Shown one piece after another: positions 56,245 to 64,000 of a stretch of 64,000 bases of DNA. The notes beneath the pieces were generated by a model. It saw only the letters and a list, made by a program, of their open reading frames with translations, searched no databases and was not told the DNA's origin. Each line of letters opens with the position of its first letter. The stretch's first letter is position 1. The position numbers were made by a program, and so were the translations under genes. Origin of the DNA: a virus (lineage: Duplodnaviria; Caudoviricetes); IMG/VR virus record IMGVR_UViG_3300031420_000495, positions 64,001-128,000 of that record; one strand, given 5' to 3'.

Positions 56245-56458
56245 TGATTTTTCCTATGAGCCAACCGATTAACAAACCAGCGAGCACGATTGTGTTGAGC
56301 CCTGGCATCAGGGCAATAAAGCCGAATGGCGCAAGGTATCTCGGAAGTCTCCAGTTGTTCTCACGCGTTTCGTATATGATACCACTTAGTATGGCCAAGA
56401 AGGAAATCAAATACGCGATCACAAACCACATGCTGTCCCTATAAAAAGAGACTCGCAC
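56213..56458 (-). CDS. Small membrane protein
   Basis: Two hydrophobic segments; start probably internal (MWFV). Confidence 0.55.
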   Translation of the reverse strand: MRVSFYRDSMWFVIAYLISFLAILSGIIYETRENNWRLPRYLAPFGFIALMPGLNTIVLAGLLIGWLIGKINELRRRKTHS

Positions 56459-56475
56459 CTTTCGATGCGAGTCTC
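56443..56475 (-). terminator. Intrinsic terminator
   Basis: GAGACTCGCA...TGCGAGTCTC 10-bp stem with T5 on the minus strand. Confidence 0.8.
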
Positions 56476-56491
56476 GACGTTGACAGCTTAT

Positions 56492-58003
56492 TTAGGCGAT
56501 GTTGGCCAGTGCGATACGCTTCCAGATACGTTCTTCACGACCGCTGTTTGCGACTTGCACGATGTTCAGCAGCGAGCGAGTCGTGATTTCGTTGGCCATG
56601 TCGCGGTTCTCGTACAAGAAATCGTAGGCTTTCTGCTTGACTTCCATCGAGACACCCGGAGCAAAATCATCGCTCGGCAAAATCTGACGCATACGCTCGA
56701 ACGTTTCTTCGATCGTCAGCTCGATGTCAGCACGCAGCGAGCGGCTGATCAGCGGTTGCGGGAATTCTTCCGACGACACGTTCGAGATGAAGATCACGCG
56801 GCCTTCGAACAAGAAGCGCTTCGGCAGTCCGCTGTTGTCGGTGCCTTCGACATTCCACGTGATCCAACGATCTTCATCGCTGTCCAGTGCTGCTTTCAGA
56901 ATGTTCGCGCCGACTTCGTTTTTCCACGCTGCATCACAGTCATCGAGCACGACCAGCTTGCGGCGGTTTTCGAACAGCATGCGGAACAGGCCCTTTGCCG
57001 ACGAATAGCCTTTCACATAGTGGTAGTCGCCGTCAAGTTCCGGAGCCAACTGCATGTCGGTCGTGTCCATGGTGTGATACCGTTCTGCCGGAATCTGGAA
57101 CACGGTCTTCATGATCTTGCACCATTCTTTACCGTGGCCAGCTTTCACTTTCAGCGATTTAGGGAAGAGGATCGACTGAATGTGGTGGGCCATTTCGTGC
57201 GGCACGACGATGTCGTAGTATTCTTCCGGATTCTGCACAGCCAGCTTGATGTTGAACTCGTACTTGTTCAGGCCAGTCGTGAAGCGGCCGCCGCAGACGC
57301 GATCGCTCAGTTCTTTCGAAGTGTGCAGGCTCGTGAAGTCGACCTTGCTCCAGGTCAGCTCCAGTTCGTCTTCTTCTTCGTCGTCTTCATCATCTTCCAG
57401 CTCAGGCACGTCTTTCTTTTTCAGAGGCTTGATCGGCGGATGTTCTTTGTAGTATGCTTCAGCTTGACGCTTGCATTCTTTCATGCGACGCAGAATGTTG
57501 TCGGCGACGACTTGTTCTTCCGGCGTCAACGTGTACGCGATCTTCTCTGCTTCTTCAGTCGACAGCAGACCACGTTCTTTGAGTTTTTGTTTGGTGTGGA
57601 AGGTTTTGCCGAGCGAGCCGTCGCCGGTGATAATCAGCGAACGAATGCCGCTGTCAACGTCCGCGACCAGATCGACGCATTCGTCGAGCAGTTCGTAACG
57701 TTCAGCAACCGGCAGCAGATTGTTCGGCTTCAGACGAACACGCTCGCCAGCCACGAACTTCGGCGACGGAGCGAAGTTTGCCGGAGCGCCGACAGCAGGT
57801 TTCTTCGGTTCAGCAGCGGGGACGTTGTCGAAGTCGGTCACGCCGAGTTCAAGAGCACGGGCGCATTCGCCAGTGCGGAGACGTTTGATAACGTACTTGC
57901 GCGAGTTCGGACCGCCTTTGGATGCGATCAGAGTTTCGCCTTCATACTGAGCAGACCAAGTCGAGGTGGCTTCGTCGTAGCAGAGAGTAGCAAGTTTCGT
58001 CAT
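56492..58003 (-). CDS. P-loop (AAA-like) ATPase carrying an inserted SprT-like zinc metalloprotease domain
   Basis: Walker A ITGDGSLGKT; insert with HEMAHH and GHGKEW..IM; ATPase resumes DYHYVKG...Walker B VVLDDCD...ILKAALDS...SR. Confidence 0.8.
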   Translation of the reverse strand: MTKLATLCYDEATSTWSAQYEGETLIASKGGPNSRKYVIKRLRTGECARALELGVTDFDNVPAAEPKKPAVGAPANFAPSPKFVAGERVRLKPNNLLPVAERYELLDECVDLVADVDSGIRSLIITGDGSLGKTFHTKQKLKERGLLSTEEAEKIAYTLTPEEQVVADNILRRMKECKRQAEAYYKEHPPIKPLKKKDVPELEDDEDDEEEDELELTWSKVDFTSLHTSKELSDRVCGGRFTTGLNKYEFNIKLAVQNPEEYYDIVVPHEMAHHIQSILFPKSLKVKAGHGKEWCKIMKTVFQIPAERYHTMDTTDMQLAPELDGDYHYVKGYSSAKGLFRMLFENRRKLVVLDDCDAAWKNEVGANILKAALDSDEDRWITWNVEGTDNSGLPKRFLFEGRVIFISNVSSEEFPQPLISRSLRADIELTIEETFERMRQILPSDDFAPGVSMEVKQKAYDFLYENRDMANEITTRSLLNIVQVANSGREERIWKRIALANIA

Positions 58004-58036
58004 TTTCGTGTTCCTAGTTGTTTAGCCGATGTAAAG

Positions 58037-58065
58037 ATTATACACGCGACTGCGCAATAAGCACA
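58037..58065 (-). promoter_or_regulatory. Early-type promoter TGTGCT-N17-TATAAT
   Basis: Perfect -10 and 17-nt spacer. Confidence 0.75.
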
Positions 58066-58237
58066 CGCTTCTTTTACTACTTCTTCCGCTTTTTAGCGGT
58101 GCATGAAATAAGTTAGTATTATGTTAACTATGCCAAGTGCCACCCAAAATATCCATTTGTATCCGCCTTCAGTTTCACGCGACTCGTCCGCCACAAATGC
58201 GGTCAAGACAACCAGCGCGAACATGGCGCCAAGCACA

Positions 58238-58636
58238 TCAGTCTTTCACACGCGCGATGGTGACGTCGAGGTCTTCGTTTACAAGCGTGGCTTTTTCACG
58301 ATAGAATTCGATTACACCTTTTCGTGCGAGGTCTTCGAACGTCAACAGTATGATGGTGTTCGACATTCGTTTTTCAACACCGCCGTCCAGCGTTCCGCCT
58401 TCGGCTTGAAGCAGCATGCACGACAACACGAGCAGCACATCGAAGTCTTCAGGCGTATCAGTGCCTGCGACGACCTTTGCGCCGCGCATTGCCAAATCAT
58501 CAAGATCGGCTTGCGGCAGTTCTTTCAAGAACGAACCAACATCGAGATATTGATGTTCCATCAACTTTGCCGCGGCAGCACGAAGCACTGCAGGATACTT
58601 TGAATCAACTACAGCTTGGAAACTGACAGCGTGCAT
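58238..58636 (-). CDS. Hypothetical protein
   Basis: ATG 58636 with TAATG coupling. Confidence 0.6.
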   Translation of the reverse strand: MHAVSFQAVVDSKYPAVLRAAAAKLMEHQYLDVGSFLKELPQADLDDLAMRGAKVVAGTDTPEDFDVLLVLSCMLLQAEGGTLDGGVEKRMSNTIILLTFEDLARKGVIEFYREKATLVNEDLDVTIARVKD

Positions 58637-59082
58637 TATGAAACTTTCGTGTTGACCCAAGTAATGATTGCTTGACGCAACAATGGCTTGAGGTCCTGTT
58701 TCGAAAATGTGACATCCGGATCGAACGCAATGTCACCAGCGAATGTTGAGTTTGCTGCACCTGAACCGAGCAGCGCATCCATCAAATCCAGCGTTGCATA
58801 GTCGAGTGCTTCGTCGAATCCAATGTGGGTCAGCTCTTCAAGCTTTCCTTCTTGCAATGCACACTGAGTTGCAAGCGCAGCAGCTTCAAGCTGAAGATTC
58901 CCGTAGGAATGTTCCAGACTTTCAACTTTGCCCATGAAGTGCAGCACAGTATCTTCAACCTGAGATACGATTTCAGGCAGGTCGTTTGCAGGTGTGACAA
59001 AGCCATCTGAAGCAGCTTCGATGATTCCGCGAAGACGTTCGCGTTGGATTTGATCTTCGTTCTGGCGACTGACGATACGCAT
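58636..59082 (-). CDS. Hypothetical coiled-coil protein
   Basis: AGGAGG RBS. Confidence 0.65.
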   Translation of the reverse strand: MRIVSRQNEDQIQRERLRGIIEAASDGFVTPANDLPEIVSQVEDTVLHFMGKVESLEHSYGNLQLEAAALATQCALQEGKLEELTHIGFDEALDYATLDLMDALLGSGAANSTFAGDIAFDPDVTFSKQDLKPLLRQAIITWVNTKVS

Positions 59083-59114
59083 GTCACACCTCCTACAAAA
59101 TGTCGATGATTTAT

Positions 59115-59402
59115 TTATTCATCTTCATCGTCGTCGGTTCCTTCTGGAATGAAGCCGACCGACGGCTTGGTATTCGGCGGGCAGTTTGCGAGTAGGTCCG
59201 CGAGTTCAGACGGATCAACGTCCGCCGGATCGACGGCCGGAAACTTGTCAATGAAGTCGAAGTCTTCGAGACTTCCTCGGAAGCCGTTGCCAGCGTACGA
59301 GACTTGGCCCTGGTTATTGCGCGTTACGATCAGGTACTCGTTCAGGCCTTCGTTCAGATACACTTGGCCAGCTTGAATGAGTGGTGCGCGGTTGGAAAGC
59401 AT
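59115..59402 (-). CDS. Hypothetical acidic protein
   Basis: GGAG RBS; promoter TTGCAA-N17-TATAAT at 59439-59467. Confidence 0.65.
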   Translation of the reverse strand: MLSNRAPLIQAGQVYLNEGLNEYLIVTRNNQGQVSYAGNGFRGSLEDFDFIDKFPAVDPADVDPSELADLLANCPPNTKPSVGFIPEGTDDDEDE

Positions 59403-59438
59403 TTGAAACTCCGTGGTAAAGGTTTGATACGTAACCTG

Positions 59439-59467
59439 ATTATACCACGGAGACTACGCAATTGCAA
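59439..59467 (-). promoter_or_regulatory. sigma70-type promoter TTGCAA-N17-TATAAT
   Basis: Correct spacing. Confidence 0.65.
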
Positions 59468-59471
59468 AGTC

Positions 59472-61052
59472 TTATACTTGAACCAAGAATGCTGAACCAG
59501 TTTTGTCTGCTGGTGCAAACGGAATTGGTGTGCCGAACGCACGTGCGCCAGCGGTTCCATACGTGGTAGCGTCAGAGATGATTTCAAACCTGACGGTTGT
59601 CGTACCGCTAATTGCACTGCCAGCAGCAAGAGCGATTGTCACCGACAGCGAGGTTGCAGTAGGCGTCGAACCAGTTACAGCCATAGATGCTCCACCGAAT
59701 TGTTGCAGCGGCACCAACGTTTGAGTTGCGGTAGTTCCACGAAGACCAACGTTTGTTGGTGTGATGCTGAACCTCAACGGATAGACATTGGCAAAAACAC
59801 GAGACTTGTCAGCTGTCAGTCGGAGAACACCAACGTTGTTCAGCAGGTTCTTCAAGTCAATGTCAGCCGGTGCCATTGCACCTGTTGGAATGTGGGACAT
59901 CGTAATCTGGACTGCGCCACCAGAATTCAGGAATGTAAGCAAGTCAGCATTGGTTGCGAAGTTAAAACGCATCGTGATGGTTTCAGAAGTTGCACCTCCT
60001 GGCGATCCGCTGAATGTTGCAAGCTGTGCAATTTCAGTTGATGGTGCGAAATCCGGATTCGTTCCGCTTGCTCCGCTGATACCTTTCAGCGAGTAACGAT
60101 TTGCAACTGCAGCTGTCAGCACGTTGTACGTTTCAGTGAATGCGCGAATCAGAGTCACGATACCGAAGCGGCGGTTCGAGCGACGTTCAAGTGAAGGATA
60201 GCGTACATCCGTTGCTGGCAATGTTGTCAGTGCTGTTGGCGCTGGTCGACCGTCGGAGACAAATGGCACAGGTGAAATATCATCGAGCATATTTGCTGGA
60301 AGGTCGAGACGACTGACTGCGTAGCGAGCAGCAGACAGAAGCAAATCCCAGTCAGTTGAAATAGGATCAACTTTCAGTTCAGTCGCAGAGTCTGTGGTTG
60401 GTACCAGCACATTGGCATCAGGGCTTGCTGCATGTTTAGCAAGTAAGTCAGCATCCAGTGTTGTGAGGCTTGTCAAGTCCGGAATGTTCTTGCCGATTGC
60501 TGCAGCACCACCATTGCCAGTTGAGCCGATCAGCTGGAAGACCATGGTTGCAAGCACATCGTATTCTTCACGTCCTGCAATCGTTTCGATTGGCGGCCAA
60601 ACCTGATTCCATCCGCCGATTGTCGAGCCAACAACCGGGTGACGACCAACTCCGGTGTAGACGTACATGATGCCCGAACGGGTACCGGTCTTTTGGAACC
60701 ATACGTCACCGACTGCTGCTGGCGATGGTGCATTTGCGCCGACGCCTGTTACTTGAACACCGCCGAGAGATTTCCATACGAGTGGAGTTGTCGACGTGCA
60801 AACCTTCATTGTGTTTTCGTTCGTGTCAAACCAGCTTTGACCGACTGTCGGATAAAGCGGTGCAGCACCGTCTGCAAAGCTTTCGAGCAGACGCATGAGG
60901 TTTTCTTGTTGAATGCTACCGTATCCAGGCGCACCTTTACCGGTGAAACGGAGTGATGCTTTGTTCGACACGACCGCGCCGACTGGAACGTTGATTGCCG
61001 CTGCCTTGTTTGCGTTCAGCGCAGGGTTCTTCCAATTAAGGATATATGCCAT
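59472..61052 (-). CDS. Virion structural (fibre/baseplate-associated) protein
   Basis: L.FTGKG..GYG.IQQENLMRLLESFA...P..PTVGQ.WFD motif recalled from large-phage structural proteins; late promoter at 61116-61122. Confidence 0.6.
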   Translation of the reverse strand: MAYILNWKNPALNANKAAAINVPVGAVVSNKASLRFTGKGAPGYGSIQQENLMRLLESFADGAAPLYPTVGQSWFDTNENTMKVCTSTTPLVWKSLGGVQVTGVGANAPSPAAVGDVWFQKTGTRSGIMYVYTGVGRHPVVGSTIGGWNQVWPPIETIAGREEYDVLATMVFQLIGSTGNGGAAAIGKNIPDLTSLTTLDADLLAKHAASPDANVLVPTTDSATELKVDPISTDWDLLLSAARYAVSRLDLPANMLDDISPVPFVSDGRPAPTALTTLPATDVRYPSLERRSNRRFGIVTLIRAFTETYNVLTAAVANRYSLKGISGASGTNPDFAPSTEIAQLATFSGSPGGATSETITMRFNFATNADLLTFLNSGGAVQITMSHIPTGAMAPADIDLKNLLNNVGVLRLTADKSRVFANVYPLRFSITPTNVGLRGTTATQTLVPLQQFGGASMAVTGSTPTATSLSVTIALAAGSAISGTTTVRFEIISDATTYGTAGARAFGTPIPFAPADKTGSAFLVQV

Positions 61053-61133
61053 TGTATTCTCCTGCCGAGTAAGTTATGAGATTGCATCGCGCTCGGCTTT
61101 CTGTGCGATGCTTCATATTTATTCGGAAAAGAG

Positions 61134-61154
61134 AAAGGACCCGAAGGTCCCTTT
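61134..61154 (-). terminator. Intrinsic terminator, C(UUCG)G loop
   Basis: Near-identical stem to the terminator at 37916. Confidence 0.7.
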
Positions 61155-61171
61155 ATTATGCGGTTAGTTGG

Positions 61172-61978
61172 TTACGAACCGGTCTGCAGGAGTGCAGGCT
61201 CTGTAGTTCGGAATTCATGTCGCGTCGCTTTTTGCGGAGCAGCGGTACGACCTTTCTCCGTCTGACGAGGGTCAGGGGAGTCCAGATGGCGGAGGATGGT
61301 TTGAACAATTTCAGAGCGAACGACGTCCTTGTTCTTGAACTCGATCACCTGAATCTCATTGGAGCAGCCACGCAGTTTGCGCGTAACCCACTCGAGCCCG
61401 TTCTCAGGCACACCACGGAGGTCTGACTGGGAACCATCGCCGTTGACGGCGAATTGGGAATATTCACCAATACGTGTGACGAACAGCTTCATTTGTTCGA
61501 TTGTTGTGTTCTGCGCTTCGTCGAGAATCACGTAGCAGTTGGTGAATGTGCGTCCACGCATATAGGCAAGCGGAGCGAACTCGATCTTGCCATCTTCCAA
61601 CAGCTTCTTCGCCATTGTTGGGCCGACCAGGTCATTCAGTGCATCGAGCAGCGGGAGCAGATATGGGGAGATTTTCTCTTCGAATGTTCCTGGTAGGAAG
61701 CCGAGAGATTCGCCAGCCTCGACGATCGGACGAGTGATGACGACTTTTGAAACTTCATTTGTCAGAAGTTTATCGACGGCAATAGCCATCGCGAGGAACG
61801 ACTTACCAGAACCAGCTGGACCGGTGCCGATAGTCAGTTTCGAATGTGTCAACGATTCGATGTAGAAACGCTGAGAATCGTTTTTCGGTGAAGGACGTAC
61901 TTTGAGTCGAATGGCTTTTGTTCCTTCTGGGTTAATCGGTTGTGGATATTTCTGTTTTGACAAAGCATGTTTTCCCAT
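61172..61978 (-). CDS. phoH: PhoH family ATPase
   Basis: GPAGSGKS, RP.VE.GE.LGFLPG, PLAYMRGRTF, LDEAQN, R..IV. Confidence 0.95.
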   Translation of the reverse strand: MGKHALSKQKYPQPINPEGTKAIRLKVRPSPKNDSQRFYIESLTHSKLTIGTGPAGSGKSFLAMAIAVDKLLTNEVSKVVITRPIVEAGESLGFLPGTFEEKISPYLLPLLDALNDLVGPTMAKKLLEDGKIEFAPLAYMRGRTFTNCYVILDEAQNTTIEQMKLFVTRIGEYSQFAVNGDGSQSDLRGVPENGLEWVTRKLRGCSNEIQVIEFKNKDVVRSEIVQTILRHLDSPDPRQTEKGRTAAPQKATRHEFRTTEPALLQTGS

Positions 61979-62029
61979 TGTATCCTCCTGGAAATGGGCC
62001 GAACAAAATCGTAATCTACACTGGCATTC

Positions 62030-62392
62030 TTACGGTTGCCTTTGCAGTACGAAGCGGATCCAATCAGCGGAGCTCGTTTGTGTGCTGTGAAGGGCGGACC
62101 GACCTGCTTCGATGCAGCTGAGCAGATATGTTGCCAAGTTCACTTTTTCTGAAGGAGTTAAGCTCTTGATGGACTCGATGGCGACCGTTGAGGTTGCGCC
62201 TGACGAGATGGTAGCCAGATCATCAATTTGGTCGTAGGTCCGACCGTCCTTGAAGAACTGAGAAAGGAGTGCTAGCACGTAGATGTGATAGAAATTCGTT
62301 GAATCGCCAGCGTCGATGATTTCACGCAGGGACAGTTCGTAAGGAACTGGGCCTGTCATCTCTTGAATCATAATTGCTTGGTGAAGTTTCAT
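62030..62392 (-). CDS. Hypothetical late protein (possible CTS-like N-terminus)
   Basis: ATAAATA at 62418-62424; MKLHQAIMIQE. Confidence 0.55.
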   Translation of the reverse strand: MKLHQAIMIQEMTGPVPYELSLREIIDAGDSTNFYHIYVLALLSQFFKDGRTYDQIDDLATISSGATSTVAIESIKSLTPSEKVNLATYLLSCIEAGRSALHSTQTSSADWIRFVLQRQP

Positions 62393-62504
62393 TGACCGTC
62401 CGTTGAATTGTATAATTTATTTATGGCGGATTCGTGATAACACGCGGAAGATTTTTCGTGCTCTCGTTTAGGTAAATATACCACCTATTCACGAAGGAGG
62501 AAAA

Positions 62505-62729
62505 ATGAATCAGGATTCAACAGAAAGCGAACGTTTCGTTGATGAAGCGGAGAAACCGATCCCACCTAAGAATACGTGGGATCAGTTAAGCATGAACGAG
62601 TTGATTGACGTCAAGCTTCAGCTTGAACAAAAGCTGTGGGCATTCGGTAACAATCCCGCCATCGCAAAAGCTTTGCGACAGGGGATTGAACAGATTACTG
62701 GGATGATTTTGGCTGGCGGTCGGCTTTAG
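62505..62729 (+). CDS. Small hypothetical late protein
   Basis: AAGGAGG RBS; TAAATA at 62473-62478. Confidence 0.65.
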   Translation: MNQDSTESERFVDEAEKPIPPKNTWDQLSMNELIDVKLQLEQKLWAFGNNPAIAKALRQGIEQITGMILAGGRL

Positions 62730-63405
62730 GCTTCGTTGCTGCTTTTGGTTTCGCAGCAGCCTTTGGCTTTGGTTCTGCCGGAGCCTTTTCTTTTGGTGGC
62801 CATGGCACTTCGAGATAATCGGTGACGTGGTCAACCAGTCCGTACTTCTTGCACTCTTGTGGCGTCAACCAACGATCTGACGGCGAGAACAGCACGTCAT
62901 TGATTTGCTTCTCGGTCATCGTCGAGTGGCGCTTGAAGTGGTTGATGAACATCTGCTTCAGACGCATGTGCTCGTTGGTGACGGCCATCAGTTCGTGGAA
63001 CTTGCCTTCAACACCGCTCATCCATTGGTGAGCCATGATCTGAGTATTTTTCGTGAGGACGCGTTTGCCTTTCTCGCCAGCGGAGAGAATCAGCAAAGCC
63101 ATGGATGCGATGATACCAGTGCCGACAGTGTGAATTGGAAGACGTGACGTCTCCATGATGTCGATGATGGCAAACCCGTCGTTGACGTCTCCGCCAGGCG
63201 AGTTGATAAGGAATGTCAGAGGATCGTTGTTCATTTGCAGCATGTTGGCTTTGATGACAAAGTCGCAAGTTGCAAATGCAGTATTACCGTCGATTGGCCC
63301 GAACAACATGAATGAGCCCAATGATTCCAGGCTAATCATATCGTACGGCAAACTCATTTCTTGACCTTGACCAGCGTTGCTCGGTCCAGAATCTTTTCTT
63401 TGCAT
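62695..63405 (-). CDS. clpP: ClpP-like serine protease subunit
   Basis: LINSPGGDV..GFAI.D.M, catalytic IIASM, IMAHQ, DRW.TPQEC..YGLVD. Confidence 0.9.
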   Translation of the reverse strand: MQRKDSGPSNAGQGQEMSLPYDMISLESLGSFMLFGPIDGNTAFATCDFVIKANMLQMNNDPLTFLINSPGGDVNDGFAIIDIMETSRLPIHTVGTGIIASMALLILSAGEKGKRVLTKNTQIMAHQWMSGVEGKFHELMAVTNEHMRLKQMFINHFKRHSTMTEKQINDVLFSPSDRWLTPQECKKYGLVDHVTDYLEVPWPPKEKAPAEPKPKAAAKPKAATKPKADRQPKSSQ

Positions 63406-63455
63406 ATTAACTCCTCTGTGTGTGAATGCACACTTATTTACAGAGGAGAAATACG

Positions 63456-63836
63456 CTATTGTTCTTGCGCTGAATTATAAATTACGGTTGTAAGCACGTC
63501 AGCAATTGGCCGCATAAAAATCAACCAGATAAAGAACTGGTATATGATGATGTGCTGGACAGGTACCGTGATTGGATCACCGAACGCTGACGACAACAGC
63601 GACAGCTCCGAGGCTTTGCCCACGACGTAATTGGCCAGTGGTGTGTTGGCTGTGAACAACGCGAACAACCATCCCAGGCAAATGAACGGCATGACACCGA
63701 AGAAGTTGCCGAGGACGAAGGCGACCGGATACAGTGCCACCTTCGTTGCGATGAATGATCGCGTTGCTTTCGCGACAACCCAACAAATGAATAGCCAAAC
63801 ACTGAAGACTATCAATATTGGTATCGCGATAATCAT
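63456..63836 (-). CDS. Multi-pass membrane protein
   Basis: 3-4 hydrophobic segments; likely start ATG 63836. Confidence 0.6.
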   Translation of the reverse strand: MIIAIPILIVFSVWLFICWVVAKATRSFIATKVALYPVAFVLGNFFGVMPFICLGWLFALFTANTPLANYVVGKASELSLLSSAFGDPITVPVQHIIIYQFFIWLIFMRPIADVLTTVIYNSAQEQ

Positions 63837-63861
63837 GGCCACACCTACGTGGCCGCTGACG

Positions 63862-63999
63862 TTACTCTGGGTTTGCTGGCTCACAATCGTCTTCCGGTTC
63901 TTCAGTCATCATGATCTGATTCGCACCCGGCACGATGACTTGTAACGACCAGTTGCGGATATACTTCTTCAGATACCACTCGTTCCAGTCCGTGTCTTG
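63862..63999 (-). CDS. C-terminal end of a gene truncated by the window edge
   Basis: Open frame QDTDWNEWYLKKYIRNWSLQVIVPG...ANPE*. Confidence 0.5.
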   Translation of the reverse strand, partial: QDTDWNEWYLKKYIRNWSLQVIVPGANQIMMTEEPEDDCEPANPE

Positions 64000-64000
64000 G

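Noticed and set aside
58101-58129. dif-like site (TTATGTTAACT resembles the XerD arm)
   Set aside because: The XerC arm matches only about 5/11 and needs a 7-nt spacer; it lies in an AT-rich intergenic stretch, so chance is likely.
37916-61154. Shared GGGACC/GGTCCC stems at 37916, 52940 and 61134 as a mobile repeat family
   Set aside because: Short, always at gene ends with T runs and UUCG-type loops; ordinary intrinsic terminators.
1-64000. tRNA, tmRNA or rRNA genes
   Set aside because: Intergenic gaps are short and none shows cloverleaf or T-loop (GTTCRA) architecture by eye; tRNAscan-SE/Infernal would be needed to exclude them fully.

Overview
64 kb of a large (jumbo-type) T4-like myovirus genome. 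The host is probably a Gram-negative proteobacterium, inferred from a spanin-like pair, sigma70-type early promoters and a proteobacterial-type ACP domain. Standard genetic code; no tRNA, rRNA, CRISPR array or integrase seen. 1-21.2 kb (+): late virion module with two giant baseplate/structural proteins, PKD/DUF11 and LamG fibre proteins, a coiled-coil fibre, spanins, an M23+GH108-like lysin and a permuted papain-like amidase. 21.2-30.7 kb (-): probable prohead-core/internal-protein operon with capsid-targeting-like N-termini, a ligase-fold nucleotidyltransferase, two ADP-ribosyltransferase-like paralogues and a PD-(D/E)XK exonuclease. 31-45.4 kb (-): replication genes (DnaB-like helicase, primase, 5'-3' exonuclease, sliding clamp, family B polymerase, DsbA-like protein) interleaved with a GH1-RmlD fusion and a lytic transglycosylase. 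45.4-64 kb (mostly -): accessory and early genes (DnaJ, GroES, Tpt1/KptA, DEDDh exonuclease, nucleotide kinase, MazG-ACP fusion, ATPase with an inserted SprT protease, PhoH, ClpP). Most striking: the MazG-acyl carrier protein fusion; the SprT-in-ATPase insertion; a possibly virion-packaged ART/ligase cassette; several mini-proteins resembling isolated pieces of portal, RecA and DUF1778 antitoxin (possible decoys); and an exact 20-bp element repeated three times just after stop codons. All family assignments are from motif recognition by eye; no database searches were run.
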